Positions 1-8,341 of a stretch of DNA of 64,000 nt are shown piece by piece. The position numbers and the translations under genes are program-made. Numbering within the stretch: position 1 is the first letter of the stretch; the number at the start of each line of letters is the position of its first letter. The notes under the pieces are model-generated. The model saw only the letters and a program-made list of their open reading frames with translations, made no database searches and was not told the origin of the DNA. Source of the DNA: Vicinamibacteria bacterium (GTDB taxonomy: Bacteria; Acidobacteriota; Vicinamibacteria; Marinacidobacterales; Marinacidobacteraceae); the NCBI GenBank assembly GCA_964291235.2, contig OZ219816.1:128001-192000 (forward strand). The letters are read 5' to 3'.

Positions 1-553
1 CCGAGCAGATTCGACGAGGAGAGCCCGACGAAGCCCGCGGAGAGCGGAATTCGGGAGTATGCGAGCGAACCGTAGCCGTGCCAATGGGTTCGGCAAAGAC
101 GGTGGCGAGAACGAAGTAGCGGGAGTTGTAGCCGAAGGAGGTGTTGCCTTCCGCTACTGCAAGAGTGGCCCGAGGATGGCCTCGCCAGGGCGGGGCAGCG
201 GTGGTTTCCTGTGGAAAGAGCGCGCCGACAACGCCGCACTGCGCCAGCGTTTACACGACAGCGCGGAGATCAAGGACGACACGAGAATCGTGGGCGACCA
301 GCACGGCGAGATCGCCTTGTTGTTCGACGGCGTCGCCCTCGCTCTTGGGATGCGCCGCAGCGGTACGAAGCAGAGAGGGACCGCCACATTCACCCACGAC
401 CGAACGGCTACCACACCGGTTCCACCGGTTACGTTCCTGCCGCTATCGGCTCGGAGTCAAGAGCGCACCAGTGTGACTGATACCAAGTGTGATATCGACT
501 TCTCGGGATCATTCATACTGAGCGATAAATCAATGACTTATCGTGAAATTGCA

Positions 554-698
554 GCGGCCCTGGAGGTCGGCGTTCCCTGGCGTGCGCGACACCAAGGCTG
601 CTGGGGTCCACGCCGAGAGGGGAACCATCGTGACGCTGGGGGGTCCTTCCCGCCGCCCCGCTTCGCGGGGCTGTGCCGGTCTGGAGACCGGCGTTCCC
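554..698. repeat. Solo copy of the ~120-bp multi-hairpin REP-like repeat, preceded by a degenerate hairpin
   Basis: 590-698 matches the unit at 39818-40410 (caccaaggctg...gccgagaggggaacc...gccccgcttcgcggggctgtgccggtctggagaccggcgttccc). A degenerate hairpin lies at 554-577. Confidence 0.85.
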
Positions 699-723
699 TG
701 ACCGGCGTGACCGGGGGGAAAGT

Positions 724-750
724 GTGAAAGGGGGGCACCCCCCCTTTCAC
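724..750. terminator. Perfect 12-bp hairpin, possible terminator of the tRNA operon
   Basis: gtgaaagggggg-cac-cccccctttcac, downstream of tRNA-Leu in the minus direction. The U-tract is weak. Confidence 0.4.
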
Positions 751-828
751 AAAACGACTACCTCCAATCGGAACTCGCCGAAGCGCGCCCCCGGCGCGCG
801 AGGGAGTTGCGATTGGCCGGCGCGAAGC

Positions 829-922
829 GCCGGGGCGGTTCGGAAGGGGGGCTCAACCCCAACCACGCGCCAGCCAGACACCGCCAGATCGGCCTGGCGC
901 CCCCCTTCCGAACCGCTCTGGC
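829..922. repeat. 24-bp inverted repeat immediately 3' of tRNA-Leu
   Basis: 829-852 gccggggcggttcggaaggggggc pairs with 899-922 gccccccttccgaaccgctctggc (2 mismatches). Confidence 0.75.
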
Positions 923-927
923 CTGCG

Positions 928-1013
928 TACCGGGAGCGGGGCTCGAACCCGCACGTCCCGAGAGGGACAAGAGATTTTAAGTCTCTCGCGTCTGCCGATT
1001 TCGCCATCCCGGC
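928..1013 (-). tRNA. tRNA-Leu(TAA)
   Basis: Reverse complement GCCGGGATGGCGAAATCGGCAGACGCG-AGAGA-CT-TAA-AA-TCTCT, long variable arm, GGTTCGAGCCC T-arm. CCA is not encoded. Confidence 0.96.
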
Positions 1014-1106
1014 AAGCCTGTCGCGCGGCGAATTCCTCTCGCCGCGACGACGATGTCACATACCGGACGCGCCGCGAGCGGCGCATCCGGTCAGGCTAAG
1101 TGACGG

Positions 1107-1179
1107 AGGCGGCGGGCGGATTCGAACCGCCGAATAGAGGTTTTGCAGACCTCCGCCTTGGCCACTTGGCTACGCCGCC
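1107..1179 (-). tRNA. tRNA-Cys(GCA)
   Basis: GGCGGCGTAGCCAAGTGGCCAAGGCG-GAGGT-CT-GCA-AA-ACCTC...GGTTCGAATCC...CGCCGCC-U discriminator. Confidence 0.96.
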
Positions 1180-1195
1180 CTTCCCTGCCCACGGC

Positions 1196-1270
<75 letters not shown>

Positions 1271-1282
1271 TCACGCGGCGCG

Positions 1283-1288
1283 AGTATA
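1283..1288 (-). promoter_or_regulatory. Probable -10 box (TATACT) of the tRNA operon
   Basis: TATACT on the minus strand, 12 nt upstream of the mature tRNA-Gly 5' end. Confidence 0.55.
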
Positions 1289-1310
1289 GCGGCCCGAAAC
1301 GCCCCGGAAG

Positions 1311-1781
1311 TCAGAACGCCCCCCGGTGGATTCGCACGACGGGACGCCGAAACGCCTCGCGGAGGCGGGCCAGAAAACGCCGGGAACGGAGGGCCGGAAA
1401 CCAGACTTCCACGACGTCCATGCGGAGCCTGGCACCCCGAGGAATCCGCTTGCGGGATCCCTCCCGGCGCCACATGCGCGCTGCGGAACGCCGAATTCGA
1501 CGGCGTTTTTCGCGGTCCACCCGTTCGGCCGGATCTCCCAGGCCGCCCCGGCGCGTCTTGACCTCGACAACGGCCAGGGTATTCCCTTCCCAGGCCACGA
1601 TGTCCAGTTCTGCATCGCTTCGACTCCGGCCGGGTCGGTAGTTCCTCGCCACTACCCGGTAGCCCGAGCGCCGCAGCGCTCGCGCCGCGATCCGCTCACC
1701 GCGGGCGCCGAGTCTCAGATGGGGGGCGCGCGCTCGAAGGCGGCCGCCCGGGAACCGCCAGCGGGGAGGGCGCCGGACCAT
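1311..1781 (-). CDS. yraN: YraN/UPF0102 family putative endonuclease
   Basis: G-ARGE..A, GYRVVARNYR, ELDIVA, VVEVKTR, RMDVVEV motifs. Confidence 0.88.
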   Translation of the reverse strand: MVRRPPRWRFPGGRLRARAPHLRLGARGERIAARALRRSGYRVVARNYRPGRSRSDAELDIVAWEGNTLAVVEVKTRRGGLGDPAERVDREKRRRIRRSAARMWRREGSRKRIPRGARLRMDVVEVWFPALRSRRFLARLREAFRRPVVRIHRGAF

Positions 1782-1826
1782 CGATAGGAGCTAGGGAATT
1801 GGCGCTAGGGGAGCGGCGCCAGGCGC

Positions 1827-3269
1827 CTAGTCCTCGCGGCGCCGCCAAATGGTGCCGGACGAGGAGTCCTCAAGAAGAATCCCGCGAGCGGCCAGCGCAT
1901 CCCGAATCGCGTCGGCGCGGGCGAAATCTCGCCCCTCGCGCGCCTCCTGCCGCTTCCGGATCAACTCGGCCAACTCGGCCGGCTCGTCCGCGGGCTCCGC
2001 GGCCTCCGCATCGGCGCTCATTTCAAAGCTCCCGAAGACCGTGTTCATTCGGCGGATCGCCGTTGCCCAGCCGGCCACCTCGCCGGCTCCCGCCGACGAA
2101 TGGAGGGCGCGATTGCCCTCCTTGAGGGCAAGAAACACTTCGCCGAGCGCCTTCGAGGTGTTGAGGTCGTCATCCAGCGCTTGCTCGAAACGAACGAGCG
2201 CCTCGCTGGTCTCCGCGGATAAGTCGGTCGCGTCGGGGGAGTTCCCCGCCCGCTTGGCGGCCTCGTCCGCGCGACGCAGGAAGTCGTCAACCCGACTGAT
2301 GGCCACCTCCGCCTGACGGAGACCGCTCTTCGTGAAGTTCAACTGCTGGCGGTAGTGGACCCCGGCCAGCAAGTGACGAATGGCCGCCGGAGCAAATCCC
2401 TCATCGAGCAGCTCCCGGACGGTGAACTGGTTGCCGAGCGATTTCGACATCTTGCGACCGTCCACCAGCAGGTGCTCGCAGTGAAACCAATGGCGCACGA
2501 AGCGACTCCCGGTCGCCGCCTCACTCTGGGCAATCTCGTTCTCGTGGTGGGGAAACACGAGATCCACTCCGCCGCAATGCAGATCGAAGCCGGACCCCAG
2601 AAGTTCCAGTCCCATCGCCGAGCACTCCAGATGCCAGCCGGGCCTTCCCGCCCCGAACGGGGCTTCCCATACCGGCTCGCCCGGTTTGGCAGCCTTCCAG
2701 AGAACAAAATCCTGAGCGTCTTCCTTGTCGTACTCGTCGGAATCGACCCGGGCGCCGGCGAGACGATCCGACGCCGCCGCACCCGAAAGCTGCCCGTATC
2801 CCGGAAAGCCGGTGACCCGGAAGTAGATGGAACCGCCGGCTTCATAGGCGATCTTTTTCTCCAGGAGACCCTCGACGAGCCGAATCATGGCCTCGACGTA
2901 CTCCGGATCGGTCGCTCGCGGGTAGTGCTCGGCACGCTCGATCCCGAGCGCATCGGCGTCGTCGAAGAACTCCTCGATGTAGCGCGTCGTGTAGTCCCTG
3001 AGCGGCTGGCCCGCCTCCGCCGCTCCCCGGATGGTCTTGTCATCCACATCCGTGAAGTTCATCGCCTGGAGGACCCGGTAGCCCTTGAAGCGAAGGAAGC
3101 GGCGCAGGATGTCTTGCGCCACGAAGGTCCGGAAGTTCCCGATGTGTCCGCGCGCGTACACCGTCAGCCCGCAGGTGTACATCCGCACCTCGTCCGGACG
3201 CCCCGGCTCAAAGGGTTCCACCCGGCCGCCAAGTGTGTTCCGGAGCCGGAGAGTGCTCTTGTCGGGCAT
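1827..3269 (-). CDS. cysS: Cysteine--tRNA ligase
   Basis: MYTCGLTVY..GHIGN, GRPGWHLECSAM, DLVFPHHENEIAQSE, KMSKS. Confidence 0.98.
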   Translation of the reverse strand: MPDKSTLRLRNTLGGRVEPFEPGRPDEVRMYTCGLTVYARGHIGNFRTFVAQDILRRFLRFKGYRVLQAMNFTDVDDKTIRGAAEAGQPLRDYTTRYIEEFFDDADALGIERAEHYPRATDPEYVEAMIRLVEGLLEKKIAYEAGGSIYFRVTGFPGYGQLSGAAASDRLAGARVDSDEYDKEDAQDFVLWKAAKPGEPVWEAPFGAGRPGWHLECSAMGLELLGSGFDLHCGGVDLVFPHHENEIAQSEAATGSRFVRHWFHCEHLLVDGRKMSKSLGNQFTVRELLDEGFAPAAIRHLLAGVHYRQQLNFTKSGLRQAEVAISRVDDFLRRADEAAKRAGNSPDATDLSAETSEALVRFEQALDDDLNTSKALGEVFLALKEGNRALHSSAGAGEVAGWATAIRRMNTVFGSFEMSADAEAAEPADEPAELAELIRKRQEAREGRDFARADAIRDALAARGILLEDSSSGTIWRRRED

Positions 3270-3279
3270 GGGTTGCAGC

Positions 3280-5103
3280 CTAGACGACCACCTGGCGGCC
3301 CCGGCGTTTGAGGACGACGAGGGTGAGGTCGTCGCGTAGGGGATTCGGTCCCGAAAAAGCCCGGGCCCGCGAGAGCAGGTCCCCGCAGATGTCGCGCGCG
3401 GTCCGGGAGCGAGCGGCGATCAACGCGTCCACGACGCGCGCCTCGTCGAAGAGATTGCCCCCCGGATCCTCGGCCTCGGTGAGTCCGTCGGTGAACAGCG
3501 CGACCAGATCGCCGGGTTCCAGCTCGCAGGTGCCGGTTTCCGTTTCGATGTCGGGAAACAGGCCGAGCACCGTGGAACCGCGGTCGAGGCGCTCGACGGA
3601 ACCGTCGCCGCGCACCAGCACCGGATACACGTGCCCGGCGTTCAGGTAGTCGAGCCGGCCGGTTCCGGGTTCGAGCGTGGCCAGGATGGCAGTCATGTAG
3701 CGGCTGTCTTCGGTGTTGCGATGGAGGTGATGGTTCAGTTCTTCCGCGACGCCGACGATTCCGGGCCGGGCGTGCCGGAAAAAAGCGCGGAGCGATGCCT
3801 GGACCGAGGCCATGATCAGAGCCGGTCCGGCTCCCTTGCCGGACACGTCCGCGATCGTGACGAAGACCGATTCGTCCAGGGTGAGGTAATCGTAGTAGTC
3901 GCCCCCGACCGAAAGACAGGGAATGTTGATTCCCCAGAGATCCCATCCGGGATACTCGGGGGCCTCGGCGGGAAGAAAGCGGGTCTGAATCCGGCGCGCT
4001 ACCTCAAGCTCCTTCTCTTTCTGAATGGAGGCACGGGTGAGGCGCAGACTCTCGACGGCGGCCGAAGCTTGTCCCGTGAGGGAGGTCAGGAACGCCCGAT
4101 CCGCGGACGAGAGCTCCCGGCCGAAGCCGGCAGCTCCCAGAAACAGGGTTCCCCGAACGGCCCCGGCGGCAAAGGGCACCACCCAGCCGATCTCCAGCCT
4201 CGCGAGGTCGCAGGACGTGCTCCAGTGCGAGAGATCGCCGGCCGGCCGGATCTCGTGCTGCCCTTCCAGGATTTCGGCGGCGTGCACCAAAGCGGCTATG
4301 TCCTCGTCGGGACGCTTCGGTCCCTTGGCGGCGACCACCCTTCCGCCGGCCACCACCGCGGCGCGGCTGGCCAGCACGTGACCCATGGCCCCGTGGAGCA
4401 GCAAATCCCAGACGGCGGCCTCGTCGCGCGCCCGGTGGAGGCCTGCCGTGAGGTCCATGAGCGAACGGAGCTGGTATACGTGCAGCGAGAGCCGCCGGTT
4501 CGCGACCCGCAGTTCCTCGTCACGGCGGCATTTCTCGAGAGCCGCAGCCGCTGACACCGCGAGCGCCTCCAGAAAATCGGTGCGGGACCCGGCGAGTTCC
4601 GGGTGAGGCTCACCGAGCAGGAGCACGCCGCGCAGGCCGTCGGGCGTGCGAAGCAGAGCCGCGGAGGATGCGCCGGAATCGCGCATGACTCCGAGGAAGG
4701 GTTCCGCTACGGGGTTCTCGTCGGGGTGCTCGCCGCCGGACCGGAACACGAGAGAGTCCGGTAGCAGGTCCGGCGGCTCGAGAGACAGCTCCTCCCAGCC
4801 GGCGTTGCCGGCTCCCCGCCGGCCGGCCGGCCGAAACCGTCCGTCTTCATCGGGCAGCAGCAGCCCGGCCCAGCGGACGCCGGATTCGCCGAGCGCCACC
4901 AACACGATCAGAGACGCCACTTCCGACACGTTCATCCGCTCGAAAGCCGCGGCGCTGAAATCGGTAAGCGCCAGCAGTTCGGACACCCGCCGTTCCAGAG
5001 CCGGGTTCATGTCCCCGATGTGCTCCGCGACCAGCCGCTGGTACCGCGTGCCGGGGGACGTGGGTGGTTCCGGGTCGGTCATTCGGACCGGGCGCGGCGT
5101 CAC
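3280..5103 (-). CDS. SpoIIE/PP2C (RsbU-like) Ser phosphatase with N-terminal GAF-like domains
   Basis: ARRIQ, VGGDYYD, IADVSGKG, YLNAGH, FTDGLTEA, DDLTLVV. Start may be the ATG at 5082. Confidence 0.92.
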   Translation of the reverse strand: MTPRPVRMTDPEPPTSPGTRYQRLVAEHIGDMNPALERRVSELLALTDFSAAAFERMNVSEVASLIVLVALGESGVRWAGLLLPDEDGRFRPAGRRGAGNAGWEELSLEPPDLLPDSLVFRSGGEHPDENPVAEPFLGVMRDSGASSAALLRTPDGLRGVLLLGEPHPELAGSRTDFLEALAVSAAAALEKCRRDEELRVANRRLSLHVYQLRSLMDLTAGLHRARDEAAVWDLLLHGAMGHVLASRAAVVAGGRVVAAKGPKRPDEDIAALVHAAEILEGQHEIRPAGDLSHWSTSCDLARLEIGWVVPFAAGAVRGTLFLGAAGFGRELSSADRAFLTSLTGQASAAVESLRLTRASIQKEKELEVARRIQTRFLPAEAPEYPGWDLWGINIPCLSVGGDYYDYLTLDESVFVTIADVSGKGAGPALIMASVQASLRAFFRHARPGIVGVAEELNHHLHRNTEDSRYMTAILATLEPGTGRLDYLNAGHVYPVLVRGDGSVERLDRGSTVLGLFPDIETETGTCELEPGDLVALFTDGLTEAEDPGGNLFDEARVVDALIAARSRTARDICGDLLSRARAFSGPNPLRDDLTLVVLKRRGRQVVV

Positions 5104-5195
5104 GACGGCAGAGACCGGGGTTTTCCGGCGCGGAATTCACTCCGTGACGAAACCGCGAGACGCGGGCACGGGCGTTGCGGCTCGTCGGTCACGGT

Positions 5196-5660
5196 TCAGG
5201 GCTCCGAACCGGACCCGGAGGAACGAGAACCGGAGCGGCTGCGCTCCAACACCCAGCAGCCGACGCCCGCGGCCAACTCTTCGTGGACCACATGGTCCAT
5301 GAGCCGCCGCATGAGATGCACCCCCAGCCCGCCCCGCCGTCGCTCGCGCGCGAGGCGGTCGAGATCGATCCCGGCCGGCAACCGGGTCGGCGCCGCGCCC
5401 CGGTGTTCCAACTCGATCCGCAGCGTGTCGGGGCCGGGGACGAACCGCAGCTGAATCGCATGGCCCGGCTCGCCGCGATAGGCGTGTTTCACCACGTTGG
5501 TCATCGCCTCTCCGACCGCGACCGCGATCTCTTCCGCAACCGACGGGTCGAAGCCTTCCGCGATCGCGGCCCTCCGCGTCGCCTCGTGCACCAGGCTCAG
5601 GCACTCGCAGGTTGCCGGAACGTCGATCTGGAGCGGCGCTTTTCCCCCGGTCGTCGACAG
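5196..5660 (-). CDS. Anti-sigma factor/Ser kinase, RsbW/SpoIIAB-like (HATPase_c)
   Basis: AVGEAMTNVVKHAY N-box and RGGLGVHLMRRLMD G-box. Start uncertain; an in-frame CTG at 5660 follows the upstream stop. Confidence 0.88.
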   Translation of the reverse strand: MSTTGGKAPLQIDVPATCECLSLVHEATRRAAIAEGFDPSVAEEIAVAVGEAMTNVVKHAYRGEPGHAIQLRFVPGPDTLRIELEHRGAAPTRLPAGIDLDRLARERRRGGLGVHLMRRLMDHVVHEELAAGVGCWVLERSRSGSRSSGSGSEP

Positions 5661-5661
5661 A

Positions 5662-6012
5662 TCAGTAACCCCCGAAGCTGAGAACCGCTTCCTCCTCGGT
5701 CTCGAAGGTCCGGCAGAGGCGGTCGAAGCCGAGCACCTGAAAGATGTGGGCGACGGTCCCGGTAAGTGCGGCAACCCGGATGTCCCCGCCACCGGCGCGA
5801 GCCTCCTCGATGAGCCCCATGATCGCGCCGAAGCCGGCGCTGGCCACGTAGGAGAGATGGGCCCCGCTGATCACGATCCGAACATCGCCGGCCTCGACCA
5901 GCGCGTTCAGCACTCGTTCAAACTCGGCAACAGTGTGCGCGTTGATGAAACCGCGGGGCTCCACCACGACCACCTCGGCAGCGCGGCGCTTCGCGACTTC
6001 CAGATCAGGCAT
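5662..6012 (-). CDS. STAS-domain anti-sigma factor antagonist (RsbV/SpoIIAA-like)
   Basis: 116 aa. GFINAHT..F, LSYVASAGFG (phosphoacceptor Ser region), IFQVLGF, ETEEEA. Confidence 0.9.
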   Translation of the reverse strand: MPDLEVAKRRAAEVVVVEPRGFINAHTVAEFERVLNALVEAGDVRIVISGAHLSYVASAGFGAIMGLIEEARAGGGDIRVAALTGTVAHIFQVLGFDRLCRTFETEEEAVLSFGGY

Positions 6013-6030
6013 GGGTAAGGGTCTCCAAAA

Positions 6031-7020
6031 CTATCCGGCGAGCACTGCCTCGGCGCCGCGAGGCGACCCCTGAGCCCCGGGGAGGGCAACCAGATCACGG
6101 GCTCGCGCCACATCGATTTCGAGCTGTCGGCGCAGGGACCCGGACCCGGAAAAGGTCTGGATCGCTCGCAGTTGGGACAAGAAGCGGATGCGAAGGTGCG
6201 TCACGTCTCCGGAAAACCCCATCAAGTGCGCCTCGAGAGAAACGGAGTCGCGGAACGTTGGCCGCGGGCCATAGTGAACCACCGCCCGGAAGAGCCGACC
6301 ATCGGAAGCGGTGACCGCGTCCGCGGCATAGACGCCGTGCGGCAGGAGCACATCGCCCTCCACAACCACGTTGGCCGTGGGGAAACCGAGACCGCGCCCC
6401 CGGCCACGCCCCGAAACCACGGGGCCCTCGATTTCATACGCCCATCCCAGAAGGTTGGTCGCGAGCTCGAGGTCGCCGGCAGCCAGCGCCTGGCGAATCC
6501 GGGTGGAAGACACGATCTGCCCTTCCCAAGTCACCGATGGCGCTTCAATCACACAAAACCCGTGGCGCTCGCCAAGAGCGCGGAGGGTCGCCAGGCTTCC
6601 CGTCCGGCCGCGGCCAAATCGAAAATTCGCCCCCTGGACCACGGTGGCGGCTCCGAGCCGGCCGAGCAGCAAACGCTCGACAAAGTCGTCCGGCGATGTC
6701 TGCGCCATCTCCTTGCCGAACTCGAGGATGACGAGACGTTCCACTCCGGCGGCGGCGAGCCGCTCGACCTTCAGCGCCAGGCTGGTGATCGTTCGGGGCG
6801 CCTGCTCAGGACGCAGCAAGCGGGCCGGATGGGGATCGAAGGTGACCGCGACGCACGCCGCCCGGTGTCTTGAGGCTTCCTGCCGGGCCAGGTCCAGGCC
6901 CGCCTGGTGACCCCGGTGGACCCCGTCGAAGTTACCGACCGCGACCACCGACGACCCGGCCGAAGCGACGGGTCCAGACCTGCCGGCCGGCGGCAGCGCG
7001 CTGAGCCGCTCGATTCTCAT
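6031..7020 (-). CDS. ribF: Bifunctional riboflavin kinase/FAD synthetase
   Basis: GNFDGVHRGH, TFDPHP, NFRFG, VSSTRIR, GRGLGFPTAN, GVYA, LEAH. Confidence 0.96.
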   Translation of the reverse strand: MRIERLSALPPAGRSGPVASAGSSVVAVGNFDGVHRGHQAGLDLARQEASRHRAACVAVTFDPHPARLLRPEQAPRTITSLALKVERLAAAGVERLVILEFGKEMAQTSPDDFVERLLLGRLGAATVVQGANFRFGRGRTGSLATLRALGERHGFCVIEAPSVTWEGQIVSSTRIRQALAAGDLELATNLLGWAYEIEGPVVSGRGRGRGLGFPTANVVVEGDVLLPHGVYAADAVTASDGRLFRAVVHYGPRPTFRDSVSLEAHLMGFSGDVTHLRIRFLSQLRAIQTFSGSGSLRRQLEIDVARARDLVALPGAQGSPRGAEAVLAG

Positions 7021-7493
7021 TTGCCGGGCGCCTGCGCGCGTTCCATGTAAACAATCCGCAGCTCGTAGAGCGCCTTGGAGACCAGGCGCACATCACCGGG
7101 AGCGAGACGACCCCTGGTCTTCTCTTCGATGACCTCCAGCAGGCCAATGACCGTCTGAATCCCCTGCAGCGCTTCGGCGCGCTGGGGCCCGCCGCCCGAC
7201 CCCGGCGTTTCGTTCGGGTCTTCCATCCGCTCCAGGAGCATCGCCGCCTGCGAAATGAGCAGGGAAACGAGTTGCTTGAAACGATGATCCTCCTCCAGTC
7301 CGGAATCCGGTTCGGAAGCCGGCGCCGGAGTCCCGGGGCGGGCGCCTTCCGACGGTTTCGGGGCCGCCCCCAGCGACTCCGTGGCAGCGGGTGACTCCTC
7401 GCGCGGCTCGGCGTCCGCGCGCCGGGAGCCGTCGGATGCGAAGGCGCGCCGGTCCCGGACAACGATCCGCGGGTTACGCTCCTCTTCGCTCAT
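7017..7493 (-). CDS. DUF1844-like conserved hypothetical protein
   Basis: VVRDRR N-terminus, IGLLEVIEEKTRGRL and LYELRIVY. ATGA overlap with ribF. Confidence 0.7.
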   Translation of the reverse strand: MSEEERNPRIVVRDRRAFASDGSRRADAEPREESPAATESLGAAPKPSEGARPGTPAPASEPDSGLEEDHRFKQLVSLLISQAAMLLERMEDPNETPGSGGGPQRAEALQGIQTVIGLLEVIEEKTRGRLAPGDVRLVSKALYELRIVYMERAQAPGK

Positions 7494-7632
7494 CGGGTGT
7501 CGGGGCCGCTCCCAGGAGCGGCTCTCCTACCGGAATCCTATTGTCCCGCCGCACGCTCTGCGAGCCCCGCGGTGTCTTGAATCGCCTGCTCGGCGCGCGG
7601 ACAATCGCAACCCGAAGCCCACCCGCGCCCCC

Positions 7633-8340
7633 ATGAAGAAACCGAGCGAATCCGCCAACAGCTCCGAAGTCGCGGCCGGGGGCGCCGCCGCCGTCGCCGA
7701 ACTGTTGGGGGTCATGGCGAAGCTGCGCAGCGAGGAGGGTTGTCCCTGGGACCGGGAACAGACCTGGAATTCGCTCCGCCGATACGTGCTCGAGGAGGCG
7801 CATGAACTGGTGGATGCCGTGGATCGGGAGGATCCGGCGGCCGTCCTTGAGGAATGCGGCGATGTGCTCCTCGAAGTGGTCTTCATGGCTCAGATCGCCC
7901 ACGAGGAAGGACGCTTCGGTATGGAGGAGGTGGCTCGCGGAATCACTCGCAAGCTGATCCGCCGCCACCCCCACGTCTTCGGGGACGAGGGGCGCGCCGC
8001 GGACGCGGGCGAAGCGCTCGCCCGCTGGGAATCGATCAAGGCGACCGAAAAGGCCCAGCGCGCGGCACCAGGAGATTCCCTGCCGCGGGGGCTGCCGGCG
8101 CTGTTGGTCGCGATGAAAGCGATCGAACGGACGAACGCCCCCGGCTCGGACGCGGGAAGCGCCGAGGACGGCATTCGGCGCGCCGGCGGCCGGCTGGAAG
8201 CGGCTCGCCGAATGGGAAATCGGGGTGAACTCGAGATGGCCCTCGGAGACCTCCTGCTGGCGGTGGCGCGGGCGGCCCGCGAAGATGGCCTGGATCCGGA
8301 ATCGGCGCTTCGAAACGCCGTCCGCCGAATGTCAGGCTGA
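7633..8340 (+). CDS. mazG: MazG family NTP pyrophosphohydrolase
   Basis: LRSEEGCPWDREQT, EEAHEL, EECGDVLL, KLIRRHPHVFG. Second domain is degenerate. Start reassigned to ATG 7633. Confidence 0.92.
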   Translation: MKKPSESANSSEVAAGGAAAVAELLGVMAKLRSEEGCPWDREQTWNSLRRYVLEEAHELVDAVDREDPAAVLEECGDVLLEVVFMAQIAHEEGRFGMEEVARGITRKLIRRHPHVFGDEGRAADAGEALARWESIKATEKAQRAAPGDSLPRGLPALLVAMKAIERTNAPGSDAGSAEDGIRRAGGRLEAARRMGNRGELEMALGDLLLAVARAAREDGLDPESALRNAVRRMSG

Positions 8341-8341
8341 G

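Noticed and set aside
59-727. 222-aa plus-strand ORF
   Set aside because: No recognisable motifs, and it reads through an AT-rich patch and the REP-like repeat. Probably spurious.
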